Source: Candidatus Saccharimonadales bacterium
GTDB lineage: Bacteria > Patescibacteriota > Saccharimonadia > QS-5-54-17
Assembly: GCA_040903985.1 (NCBI GenBank)
Contig: JBBDUI010000002.1
Location: 29,361 to 93,360, forward strand
Direction: 5' to 3'
DNA: 64,000 nt
The notes beneath the pieces were generated by a model. That model saw only the letters and a list, made by a program, of their open reading frames with translations. It was not told the DNA's origin and made no database searches. A program made the translations under genes and the position numbers. Position 1 is the first letter of the stretch. Each line of letters begins with the position of its first letter. This document shows, one piece after another, positions 16,981 through 26,100 of the stretch.

Positions 16981-17682
16981 TTGGGCTTAACAATAGTCGA
17001 CAAAAATAATTTTTATGTCTCCGGAACCTCTATCGCTGTCTCCTGGTCGGCTAATACTCAGGTTGGAGATATGATCTTGCTGATTGGGGTAATCAATAGT
17101 TCCGCTTCTTTTGATGTGAACGGATGGAATTTTACTTATGGCAGGGGAAGTTCAAGAACGGCAGTAATCTTAAGGAAGTTTGCTACTTCTTCTGGCACCA
17201 ATGATTACACCTGGTCAGGATGGAATTCTTCACAAGTAAGAGTAACTACAGTAACCTTGCGCAGTACAGATGAGTACAATATAACCCGAAACTACTCTGG
17301 TGAAGATATCAGCTCTGCAAACCTGGCGGGAGAGTGGGGGAATAGTGGAGTGGCATTTATTGCTGCAGCCGATACAACAGGCTTAACCCACACAACTCCT
17401 AGTCCTAGCTACTTTGGATTTGCCTCCCCTGAGATTACTGGATACTCAGGGCCGCATACCGACCCTACTGACGGATACAGTGTAAGTTTTAACAGTAGCA
17501 ACAATGCCATTGCGTCAATTGTCGTGCAATCTAGCAATAACACCACGCCGAGTCTTCCTGTACTCACTAACCCTGAGACCGCTCGCTATCAAGGTGCTTT
17601 TAATCTTGGCTGGACTTTTAATGATGCAGACGAGGATGATTCACAGTCTTCTTATTACCTAAGAATCAAGAGAAGACCGTAG
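16981..17682 (+). CDS. Modular repeat protein 1 (233 aa). The C-terminus carries the first half of the shared SDxDxDxQxxYxLRxxK module.
   Basis: TTG start with aggag RBS. C-terminal LGWTFNDADEDDSQSSYYLRIKRR matches the module FEWSYSDPESGAQSAWALKRQK in gene 2 and FSWSHSDPDGDAQASYALRRQK in gene 3. No signal peptide. The stop overlaps the next start (TAGTG). Confidence 0.55.
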   Translation: MGLTIVDKNNFYVSGTSIAVSWSANTQVGDMILLIGVINSSASFDVNGWNFTYGRGSSRTAVILRKFATSSGTNDYTWSGWNSSQVRVTTVTLRSTDEYNITRNYSGEDISSANLAGEWGNSGVAFIAAADTTGLTHTTPSPSYFGFASPEITGYSGPHTDPTDGYSVSFNSSNNAIASIVVQSSNNTTPSLPVLTNPETARYQGAFNLGWTFNDADEDDSQSSYYLRIKRRP

Positions 17683-20600
17683 TGGCTGAATATTATGTAG
17701 GGTCGTTTACCAAGCAGAATATGACTGGCAATCAGGCTTTTACCGGTATTGGATTTACTCCAAAAGCGATTATTTTCTGGAGCGCAGGTGAAGCACCAAC
17801 AGCAAATGGAACATGGGGCGATCATTTATACCATACAGTAGGATTTACCTCCGGCCCGACTGAGTCTTATTCAGTATCGGGTGCATCACAGGATGCAGTT
17901 GGTACTTCGAATTCTTCTAGATCAATAGCTGCAAAGTGCATACATCGGTCTAGTGTGAGTAGCGGGACTCGTGATGAAGCGGATCTGTCTTCTTTTGATG
18001 CTGATGGCTTCACGGTTAACTGGACTACCAGTTCTGGAGCTACTTCTCCAGAAATAATGTTCCTTGCTATTGGTGGGGATGATGTCTTGGCTAGAGCAGT
18101 AAACTGGACTTCACCGACATCTACGGGTAGTAAGCCGGTGACCGGGGTAGGATTCACTTCGGATCTCGTCCTACACACCCATTCGGGTTCAGCAGGCGCA
18201 CTACCCATCTCTTCACCATTAATGTACGGAAATATTGGTGCAATGGACTCATCAGGGAACGAATGGGTTAACAGTATCTATACCCAAGACGCCCAAACCA
18301 CTTCTAATACTGCGCGATACCAGCGCACAGATAAGTGTCTCGCATTTTCTGATAGTACGGGTGTCAATGAAGAAGCGAACTATGCCAGTATGGACGCCGA
18401 TGGCTTCACACTCAACTTTACATCTGCACTATCTTCCGCGTATCAGTGTATCTCCTTATGTCTGTCGGGTATCTCTGCTAGATCAGGTTCTTTTACACCT
18501 AATTCATCAACCTATTCGGTCTCAGGAGTAGGCTTCCGTCCTGAGGCTATGCTCTTTTCGATGACATATCAGCAGCCTAGCACGCCTCAGCCCAATGCGG
18601 CTTGGTCGCTTGGTGCAAGTGATGGTACTAATCATAGGGCCGTAGGTGTCGACGATGAAGATGCGCTTAGCACCACCTCGGCAGGCTCGATTTGGAGCAA
18701 CTCAGTGGTTGCTTACAATAGTGAAACTGCAAGTTATAGGTTTGATAGGAAGAATACTGTAGCACTTGACTCTTTTGACTCAGATGGCTTTACAACTAGT
18801 AAAGTTGGTGGAGCACAAAGTGAAACCTTATTTCTTGCTCTTGGCACACCAAACGATCCACCAAGCACAACGGCTTTGGCTCCGATAGACAGGACAGCAG
18901 TTAATCTAACCGAGGGTGTAGACTTTGAATGGAGCTACTCCGACCCAGAGAGTGGCGCACAAAGTGCATGGGCACTTAAGCGCCAGAAAGATAATGGGGA
19001 TGGCACCACCGATAGTGAAGAGTGGTGGCGGAATGAGGCATTAGATAATTGGAATAACCCGACACTAAACCCACCAGCTACTATGGGAGCATCTCCGGCT
19101 TCAACTGCTACAGCCTATTCGAATCAGCGTAAAATTGATCGAACTCAAAACGGTGTACTGTGGGCTATGTACTACAACTCAAGCAATGGTGCTATTTATG
19201 ATAAATACTCCACTGATAATGGTCAGACATGGACTACTGGTGTCCTACCATTTTTGTCGGGCGGAACCATAAGCTACACAGGTAACTTCTCGTTTTTTAT
19301 TGATATCGATGATTACTGCCATATTGTTTATAAAAATCCTTTCGACGGTTTTATCTACTACAAGAGAGGAATACCCGACGATGCTTCTCGCACTGCGTAC
19401 ACTTGGAGTAGTGCATTTGCAGTTCAGAACACTGATATATATTCAGACTACCCAGATATAATTGCTTTTCGCACCCCGGGATCAAGTCCTATAACTTGGG
19501 AAGTATGCATAGTAGCCTCTTGGACGAATGGTACGCTATTCGCTCAATACGAAAGACTGCATATAGCCAGTGACGGGTCTATAACTGGCGGCAATAATGA
19601 TGGTCTTTCACAAAACCAAGGTATGGCCATGCTGAGCAGCGCTACTTACAGCACTAGTACACATGCATACCCGTCTATAGATTTTAATCATACTGGTGAT
19701 GGTAAGACTGTAGCCGATAATACGCCACACTTGTACTCTACATGGTCGACCGGTGCTACAGGTTCAGGTAGAGGTATTAGGTTTAAGAAGGCGACTCATT
19801 CAGGTGGATCGTGGTTATGGGGCACAGAACGGGAGATCTCCTCAACTCACTATGTTGCTGCTCATAATTACTGTAACTGTATTTTTGATGGTACAAGAGT
19901 TATCATTGGGGGCAATCTTAACGATGGCGGATATTACAGTGTGGTTTTTTGGGAGCGGGACGCTGCAGATACTGTTACAACAGGCCCGATTTATGTGTTA
20001 GATAATGGAACTTCCGGGAATGACACATCAAGCTTTGCGGCACGAGGGTCAGTTACATATGATGCTGACGGTAACCTATACTTCATCGGTCTTGGGGCAG
20101 GCTCGCCCTGGAGGGTATGTCTCCAGAAGTGGGATCGGGCCACCGAGTCTGTAGAAGATCCTGTAGTTATTGATGAGTTAAATATAAACTCCTACGGTAG
20201 TGATGTCTCTCTCAAGCGCGGCTACTCTAACAACCGTATAGAATTTATCTATACTGACGGTACCAGTTCACCATACGACGTAACGTATGGCAGCATCGAG
20301 CAGCAGACTCTCCCCATTGGCTGGATAGATAGCGAAGTCTGGAACGATGGAGATGATACTTCAGTTAGTATCTCCAACTGGAGTAACGATGATGATACCT
20401 ATACTTGGAGTGTAGCCACCAAAGATGATGTTGGTAGTGCCAGTTCCTATACCACCGCCAGGACCCTTAACCCCTTCCAGTGGTGGGATGCTTCTACTTC
20501 TTCCTGGGTATATATCGAAACAGAAAACATATCCTCAGACACCGAGGTAGCTGTAGCTAACCTTTCTGCTGGTAGCTATAAGTGGAGTGTAGCTACAGAG

Positions 20601-20687
20601 GACAGTGCTGGTGCTAAAAGCAGCTATGCTACTGAACAGACGTTTGAGATTATTCGTTTTGAGCGTTGGGGTGTGGTGCAGATTTAA
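17682..20687 (+). CDS. Large modular repeat protein 2 (1001 aa): three N-terminal ~130-aa tandem repeats, a BNR/Asp-box region, and C-terminal fn3-like modules ending in FEIIRFERWGVVQI
   Basis: GTG start overlapping the upstream stop. Repeats carry FDADGFT/MDADGFT/FDSDGFT. A canonical Asp-box YSTDNGQTWT sits near aa 505. Repeated YTWSVATKDDVGSASSY / YKWSVATEDSAGAKSSY modules. No signal peptide. Thr/Ser/Gly-rich. Confidence 0.7.
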   Translation: MAEYYVGSFTKQNMTGNQAFTGIGFTPKAIIFWSAGEAPTANGTWGDHLYHTVGFTSGPTESYSVSGASQDAVGTSNSSRSIAAKCIHRSSVSSGTRDEADLSSFDADGFTVNWTTSSGATSPEIMFLAIGGDDVLARAVNWTSPTSTGSKPVTGVGFTSDLVLHTHSGSAGALPISSPLMYGNIGAMDSSGNEWVNSIYTQDAQTTSNTARYQRTDKCLAFSDSTGVNEEANYASMDADGFTLNFTSALSSAYQCISLCLSGISARSGSFTPNSSTYSVSGVGFRPEAMLFSMTYQQPSTPQPNAAWSLGASDGTNHRAVGVDDEDALSTTSAGSIWSNSVVAYNSETASYRFDRKNTVALDSFDSDGFTTSKVGGAQSETLFLALGTPNDPPSTTALAPIDRTAVNLTEGVDFEWSYSDPESGAQSAWALKRQKDNGDGTTDSEEWWRNEALDNWNNPTLNPPATMGASPASTATAYSNQRKIDRTQNGVLWAMYYNSSNGAIYDKYSTDNGQTWTTGVLPFLSGGTISYTGNFSFFIDIDDYCHIVYKNPFDGFIYYKRGIPDDASRTAYTWSSAFAVQNTDIYSDYPDIIAFRTPGSSPITWEVCIVASWTNGTLFAQYERLHIASDGSITGGNNDGLSQNQGMAMLSSATYSTSTHAYPSIDFNHTGDGKTVADNTPHLYSTWSTGATGSGRGIRFKKATHSGGSWLWGTEREISSTHYVAAHNYCNCIFDGTRVIIGGNLNDGGYYSVVFWERDAADTVTTGPIYVLDNGTSGNDTSSFAARGSVTYDADGNLYFIGLGAGSPWRVCLQKWDRATESVEDPVVIDELNINSYGSDVSLKRGYSNNRIEFIYTDGTSSPYDVTYGSIEQQTLPIGWIDSEVWNDGDDTSVSISNWSNDDDTYTWSVATKDDVGSASSYTTARTLNPFQWWDASTSSWVYIETENISSDTEVAVANLSAGSYKWSVATEDSAGAKSSYATEQTFEIIRFERWGVVQI

Positions 20688-21688
20688 TGGCAACAGTAAC
20701 ATACGCCTCTACCGGCACCTTTTCTGTACCTGCGAATGTTTATAGCGTCCACCTTGATTGTTATGGGCATCCAGGTGGAGCCTACAGCTATAATACTCGC
20801 GGAGGCCGTGCCTACGGGGACCTTGTTGTTACTCCAGGGGAGACCTTATATATTGGGGTAAATATAGGGGCTGGCACCACCACCTCCGGCGGTAGTGGTG
20901 CTGCTTATTCCTGGGGTGGTGGATATTCGGATGTTCGTAAGGGCGGAAACACGCTTAGCAATCAAAGAGTTGTTGCGGGTGGCGGCGGCGGCCAGTCTTA
21001 TACTTACACAGGGAAAGGTGGTAACGGTGGTGGTTCTTCCGGTGGAAGCGGTTCTACATCGCAGGGTGGTTCAGTTGGTGGTGGTGGAACCCAGTCTTCT
21101 GGAGGTTCTGCCTCGGGTAACGCTACCGTAGGAACCCGGGGACAGGGAGGTAACGGTGGCAGCAGTGGCGGGGCTGGCGGCGGCGGTTACTATGGTGGAG
21201 GAGGTGGCTATAATTATGCAGGTGGTGGAGGTGGCTCTGGGTATATAGGGGGAGTAACCGGCGGAAGTTATAGTACAGGGGGGAATCCAGACAACTCAGC
21301 TAAAGTAGTAATAACTTATACTCCTAACTCTATCCCTTCGACTCCAACTCCCTCAACGCCAACCAGCGGTTTGCGACAACAGGATGGCAGTATTAACTTC
21401 TCCTGGTCCCATTCCGATCCTGATGGAGATGCTCAGGCTTCCTACGCTCTGCGTAGGCAAAAGAGCGGTGGTGGTAACGAATGGTGGGATGGTACTTCCT
21501 GGGTGATAAGTGAAACGTTTGTGTCTACATCTACTCAATCAGTTTCTATTAATACTTCAACATTTGATCCTGGTGCCTACACCTGGAGCGTAGCTACCCG
21601 AGATAGCGTCGGTGCTACATCACCATATTCTTCTGCCAGAACAGTAGAGATTATTCGTTTTGAACGTTGGGGGGTGGTGCAGATATGA
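20687..21688 (+). CDS. Glycine-rich domain protein 3 (Gly_rich-like N-terminus) with the same C-terminal module and the identical tail EIIRFERWGVVQI
   Basis: ATG overlaps the upstream TAA (TAATG). N-terminus ATVTYASTGTFSVPANVYSVHLDCYGHPGG then GGxGG tracts (GGGGGQSY..GGNGGGSSGGSGS..GGGGYYGGGGGYNYAGGGGGSGY). C-terminal module NFSWSHSDPDGDAQASYALRRQK...YTWSVATRDSVGATSPY...EIIRFERWGVVQI. Confidence 0.7.
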   Translation: MATVTYASTGTFSVPANVYSVHLDCYGHPGGAYSYNTRGGRAYGDLVVTPGETLYIGVNIGAGTTTSGGSGAAYSWGGGYSDVRKGGNTLSNQRVVAGGGGGQSYTYTGKGGNGGGSSGGSGSTSQGGSVGGGGTQSSGGSASGNATVGTRGQGGNGGSSGGAGGGGYYGGGGGYNYAGGGGGSGYIGGVTGGSYSTGGNPDNSAKVVITYTPNSIPSTPTPSTPTSGLRQQDGSINFSWSHSDPDGDAQASYALRRQKSGGGNEWWDGTSWVISETFVSTSTQSVSINTSTFDPGAYTWSVATRDSVGATSPYSSARTVEIIRFERWGVVQI

Positions 21689-21889
21689 TCCTTCTTTCGG
21701 ACATGTAATTCCTAGTTTCTAGCACCTTAACGACTGAAGTAGTGTAAGCCTGATGGATGCCCTTTATGGATATTCGTAACAGGTACACTCTCTGGTGGCT
21801 CCGATAGTACTAATGGCACTTACTTCTAGGAGAAGTTGCAAAGTTCCCGATTTTTCATATATGATAATTATCAAATACGAAGGGATTGC

Positions 21890-22162
21890 ATGATGGCTGA
21901 GACACTAGCTGAAAACCTTGGGCTTGACGTGAGAGGTGTAGAGCTTGCCCATGAAGCAAATGATGCATACGACTTACTTCAGTCCGGTATAGAAAAAGAA
22001 GCGTACATATCTACAAAATACAGAAGAAGGGTGTATACATTGCAACTAGCTCAAGAGTTGGCTCATAAAGTAGGTGAGGAAGAGACCGATCCGGCAGAAG
22101 TCAGATATAGTACAATAGTCGAGCAGGCGGGGGCACTCATCGGCCGAGAAAGATTTATTTAG
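21890..22162 (+). CDS. Hypothetical protein. The ORF is open from the TTG at 21836, but the ATG at 21890 is more likely.
   Basis: Short ORF. A partial copy of the 29-nt repeat motif (AAGTTGCAAAGTTC, 21833-21846) lies about 44 nt upstream of the ATG. Confidence 0.4.
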   Translation: MMAETLAENLGLDVRGVELAHEANDAYDLLQSGIEKEAYISTKYRRRVYTLQLAQELAHKVGEEETDPAEVRYSTIVEQAGALIGRERFI

Positions 22163-22215
22163 TCTGGAATAGTGGCGTATATCGCCATGGTAATTCTAGC
22201 CTACAGTAAACGAGC

Positions 22216-22569
22216 TTACTCCTCCCGTAGTATCTTCTCCATCACCTTGCCTTTAGCTAGCTCATCAATTAGCTTATCCAAATATCGGATCTCTTGCATT
22301 AAGGGCTCTTCGATATCTTCTACGCGGATACCGCAAATCATACCCGTAATCAAACTTCTAGAAGGGTTCATCTTCGGAGCGGCGGCAAAGAAGGTTTCGA
22401 AGTCTGTCTGGTTTTCTAGCAGCACCTCTAACTCTTGCGGACTGTAGCCTGTTAACCAGCGAATGATTTCGTCTACCTCTGCCTTTGTGCGACCCTTCTT
22501 CTCGGCCTTTTTGATGTAGTGAGGGTAGACACTAGAGAAGCTCATGGTGTAGATGCGATGTTTTTTCAT
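22216..22569 (-). CDS. DUF2200 family protein
   Basis: N-terminus [42 protein letters not shown] is characteristic of the DUF2200 family. Confidence 0.75.
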   Translation of the reverse strand: MKKHRIYTMSFSSVYPHYIKKAEKKGRTKAEVDEIIRWLTGYSPQELEVLLENQTDFETFFAAAPKMNPSRSLITGMICGIRVEDIEEPLMQEIRYLDKLIDELAKGKVMEKILREE

Positions 22570-23396
22570 CCGTTCTCCTTATCTCGGTGTTTTAGAATTA
22601 TCTTTAGCATCAGTGCCAGGACTAGCAGAGTGACACCGAGAAGAAATGCGCTCATGTAGGTGCTACTCAGATACGGCATGATTAGCGGGGCCATGAAGCT
22701 AACAAAGTTACCGGCTAACTCCATCGACCCTTCGCCGGTTTCCGATCGAATCGTTCCAGAGGGCGTATTGGGGTTGCTCGCAGCTATAGCCATAAACAAG
22801 ATGCCCGGTAGACCGGCTAAGAGAAGCAAAACTCCGGGTGTAACTAGGCGTCCTAGGCGGTAGCTGAAGAGCACCGCCATACTCAAGAGAGCTAGGGCTA
22901 TGACCGTAGCGATAGCGAGATACACGCCAATTTGCCTATGTCCAGCGCTAGTCAGAGGAGAGATTAAAACCGCATCATCTTCAATTTGGACAATTGCTTC
23001 CGTATCACTGCTTATATCCTCCGCCACTCCTCCGGCACCTACATCATAAAAGCGTTCAGCAAAAGCTGAGAATATCTTTAATCTTATCTCCCTGGGGCTC
23101 AAATTATCCAGATCTTCAGCCGTAATAGTCACGTTTACGCCACCAAAGGCGACTACCGTCTCCTCGTTAGCATCTAAATCTTGCCGTAGCTGCTCGATAT
23201 CGAAATCACTATCGATGCCTTCACTAGAAGTTAAACCGGCTAACGTGTAGCTAAGAATATCGACCGCTGGTTCTTTAGCCGTGAGACGGTAACTGGCTGT
23301 TAGTAGCAATACGGTAGCAAGGAACGGCAAAGCTAGCAGGGCAAGTAGCCACTTTAAGTCGACATGCCAATAAGGATGAGTTATTGTATTTTTCAC
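22566..23396 (-). CDS. Hypothetical membrane protein (276 aa) with N-terminal and C-terminal TM segments
   Basis: Hydrophobic N-terminus ([18 protein letters not shown]) and several C-terminal TM helices. Overlaps the DUF2200 start by 4 nt. Confidence 0.55.
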   Translation of the reverse strand: MKNTITHPYWHVDLKWLLALLALPFLATVLLLTASYRLTAKEPAVDILSYTLAGLTSSEGIDSDFDIEQLRQDLDANEETVVAFGGVNVTITAEDLDNLSPREIRLKIFSAFAERFYDVGAGGVAEDISSDTEAIVQIEDDAVLISPLTSAGHRQIGVYLAIATVIALALLSMAVLFSYRLGRLVTPGVLLLLAGLPGILFMAIAASNPNTPSGTIRSETGEGSMELAGNFVSFMAPLIMPYLSSTYMSAFLLGVTLLVLALMLKIILKHRDKENG

Positions 23397-23686
23397 TAAC
23401 CTTACTATAGCTTATTGTGCGATAACTTTTGTACCCCAGTGGCTCAGCTCACCTGCTTGATCAGCATCTGTTATTATTTTCGGTTGAGAATAGACGCTTT
23501 CGCTGCCTTCAATATGATGGAGAGGACACGGATAGACGCATTAAATCACTTTTAACCCGCGACAAGCAGTTTCTCAGAGGTAAATGAAATATTCCTGACT
23601 ATATCTATCAGGCGTAGTCACTGAGAGCATTTTTGTCGGATAAGCTATTTATTGTAAAGCATGTATAGTATTGTATAATATTCTTT

Positions 23687-24367
23687 ATGGAAGAAATAAG
23701 ATTTACGTTAAGTGATGTATCGTCTGAGGAATACGACCGACTAAGACGTCAAAGCTTGGGTGAAATATCTCTAGCACTGAAAGAGAAGCATGACGAACAT
23801 TTTCGTCAACTTGCTACAGACTGTGAGCCTTATGCACGTAAAGTGAATGAACTGCTTGAAACTCACGGGGGTGATGTTGCGTATCTGTATACTGGGTCTA
23901 CAACGGGTGGGATAGAAGTCGATGGAGTGGTCCATGGAGAGCAGGAACCTGCAGTTAGTGTAACTGCATTTTTTGCATTCGAAACAGAGTTAGAAGGTAA
24001 GCATTCAAAGGTTACCGTGCTCGATATGAAGCGTACCTATAGCGAGTGCCATTTCAATGCACTAGTATTTGCTAGAAACGTAGAGACAGAACAGTTGCGT
24101 CTGTTTAGGGTTTCTACACAAGGATCTGAGTTATTAGATGATGGGCTCAAAATGTATTTCTTTGAAACACTTGGGTTGGACATAGTCGGTATTAGTGAGG
24201 GTGGGTATGGTTGGATTGAGATGGATATTCAAAAGCTAGTGGATGAAGTTGGAACTATGGGTGTGTCTATAAAATCCTTAGCGGATGATCAGCGTATTAG
24301 TGATTTCGTAGATATGTTCATTAGAGATGCAGAAAATGAGCCTATATATTCTGGTCTGTGGGCATAA
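23687..24367 (+). CDS. Hypothetical protein (226 aa)
   Basis: ORF with coding-like composition and no motif recognised. Confidence 0.5.
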   Translation: MEEIRFTLSDVSSEEYDRLRRQSLGEISLALKEKHDEHFRQLATDCEPYARKVNELLETHGGDVAYLYTGSTTGGIEVDGVVHGEQEPAVSVTAFFAFETELEGKHSKVTVLDMKRTYSECHFNALVFARNVETEQLRLFRVSTQGSELLDDGLKMYFFETLGLDIVGISEGGYGWIEMDIQKLVDEVGTMGVSIKSLADDQRISDFVDMFIRDAENEPIYSGLWA

Positions 24368-24368
24368 T

Positions 24369-24419
24369 CTAGTGAGTCATAGCTTTCCCCTTTGCTAGCT
24401 CATCGATCAGCTTATCTAG
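24369..24419 (-). pseudogene. Remnant of the 3' end of a second DUF2200 gene (encodes ...[16 protein letters not shown]), preceded by an in-frame stop
   Basis: Minus-strand translation matches the C-terminus of the DUF2200 protein at 22216-22569 ([16 protein letters not shown]). Nucleotide similarity is about 80% over about 30 nt. Only 17 codons are open. Confidence 0.5.
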
Positions 24420-24588
24420 TTACGGAAGTTATGCCGAGCGATACTTGTCCTATTTTTCGTAAGTGCTCAGATTGTCCTAACGTTAACTCATAAACCCACT
24501 ACAACTTGAGTAGGCAGCAGGATGATTTACAAACTTTAAAAGATGAAATTGGTAAGCCTAGTTTAAGCCGCTATACTAAATAGTAACT

Positions 24589-25266
24589 ATGAGTGAAATA
24601 AGCCAGCCACAACTAGACGCTACCGATAGACTACTTGTCTGGGTAGTGATAATTGTTAGATTACTACTGGTGGGATCGGCTATTATCGGCTTGCTGACGC
24701 TAAACTGGCTCGAGGTGTTTGTCAGCCTAATGGTACTAGCTATGACTTACGCCGTCAGCTTCATCGAGCGCTGGCACAAGATCAACATGCCACTCGAGAT
24801 AGAGGTTTATGCCGTACTGCTCATCTATGCAGCGCTATTCTTAGGCGAGATGCGCGGCTACTATGATCGTTTCTGGTGGTGGGACTCAATCATGCACTTC
24901 ACCGCGGCCATAGTCTTCGGTTTTATCGGTTTCATGATCATGTATGCCATCTACCACCGCAATAAGCTTACGGCCTCGGCCGTGCTAATAGCCCTGTTCG
25001 CTTTTACCTTTTCCATGACCATCGGTGCCATGTGGGAGCTGTTTGAGTTTAGCTTAGATGAGCTCTTTGGTATGACGACCCAGCCGAGCGGACGCGATAC
25101 CATGATCGACCTCTTGCTCAATGCCATCGGCGCTACTATTACCTCGGTAGTTGGATATTTCTATATCAAGACCGGCAGTACTGGTCTGTTTCGAAGACTA
25201 GTTACTAAGTTCATGCGCGATAACCCACGCATTGCTCGGGTAGTATCGAGTCGAAAGAAGACTTAA
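24589..25266 (+). CDS. Hypothetical polytopic membrane protein (225 aa)
   Basis: Six or more hydrophobic helices and a Trp-rich loop (DRFWWWDSIMHF). Confidence 0.6.
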   Translation: MSEISQPQLDATDRLLVWVVIIVRLLLVGSAIIGLLTLNWLEVFVSLMVLAMTYAVSFIERWHKINMPLEIEVYAVLLIYAALFLGEMRGYYDRFWWWDSIMHFTAAIVFGFIGFMIMYAIYHRNKLTASAVLIALFAFTFSMTIGAMWELFEFSLDELFGMTTQPSGRDTMIDLLLNAIGATITSVVGYFYIKTGSTGLFRRLVTKFMRDNPRIARVVSSRKKT

Positions 25267-25368
25267 CTCTAGCTAAGCTATAACTAAACCGCTAAACACT
25301 TACTGAGCCTCACCTTAATGCCGTAAGGGCTGTTGACTAATAATACAAACATTATATAAGATAACAGA

Positions 25369-26058
25369 ATGTCAGAAAAACTATCATCTCGCCACACCGA
25401 AGCTGCGCTCATCAGCGAGCTCGACCATATTTATGGTTTGCCCCAGGAGGGCTTACGCATATTCGGTTCTATAGGACGAAGCGCACTGTATGGCACTATT
25501 TATAACGATAGCTCTCGTGAATTTACTGTTAGGCGGGAACACCCACTTGGTACTATCAATCGACCTCGAGATATCGACTTATTGGGCCTATCAGCTGCAG
25601 AAGCTGAAGGCCATAGTCCCTTCCCGGTTGATGCCACCGGAATGAAGGATGGATATGCCGCTCTAACTCGTGATCGTAATGATTGGTATCTACTGGCTAC
25701 TCATCACGGTTTTGCGGAACAACTCCATCCCGACGTAATGGAACCGATTGCAGCTCAGGGACTGTACGGAGCAGCCATCCTGACTGTGCCGCTACAGACG
25801 CATCTCGGCATGCACGGGATAACTGGTTTACGTAAACGTGATGTGCTGACTCGCGACCTCATGCTAGAAGCTCATCGTGATTTAAACTTAGCAGAGCAGA
25901 AGCGAGACGAATTATACGCTCCATTTATAAAGTTAGCCCATCTCAATTCACGAGTAACTTATCTAACACTGCGTAATGCTTATCGGCGGTACATACCTAA
26001 CAGTGTGCGACTCAAGGCAGTACCAATAATGCGAGTTATAAAAGGCATCCTACAGTAG
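25369..26058 (+). CDS. Nucleotidyltransferase-fold protein (Pol-beta-like NTase motif)
   Basis: GS-x(n)-DxD signature: FGSIGRSALYG...RDIDLLGL. Confidence 0.45.
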   Translation: MSEKLSSRHTEAALISELDHIYGLPQEGLRIFGSIGRSALYGTIYNDSSREFTVRREHPLGTINRPRDIDLLGLSAAEAEGHSPFPVDATGMKDGYAALTRDRNDWYLLATHHGFAEQLHPDVMEPIAAQGLYGAAILTVPLQTHLGMHGITGLRKRDVLTRDLMLEAHRDLNLAEQKRDELYAPFIKLAHLNSRVTYLTLRNAYRRYIPNSVRLKAVPIMRVIKGILQ

Positions 26059-26100
26059 ACGCACTCGAACTTTTAGTTAGTTTGCATCTATACTGGTAAT

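Noticed and set aside
17680-17684. Programmed frameshift or readthrough fusing repeat proteins 1 and 2
   Set aside because: The frames differ by -1, but there is no slippery heptamer at the junction. The gene-2 N-terminus does not continue the interrupted module. TAG+GTG overlap is adequately explained by translational coupling.
20600-21688. Diversity-generating retroelement (template/variable repeat pair at gene C-termini)
   Set aside because: There is no reverse transcriptase in the window. Differences between the near-identical segments are not restricted to adenine positions, and upstream similarity decays gradually as expected for paralogs.
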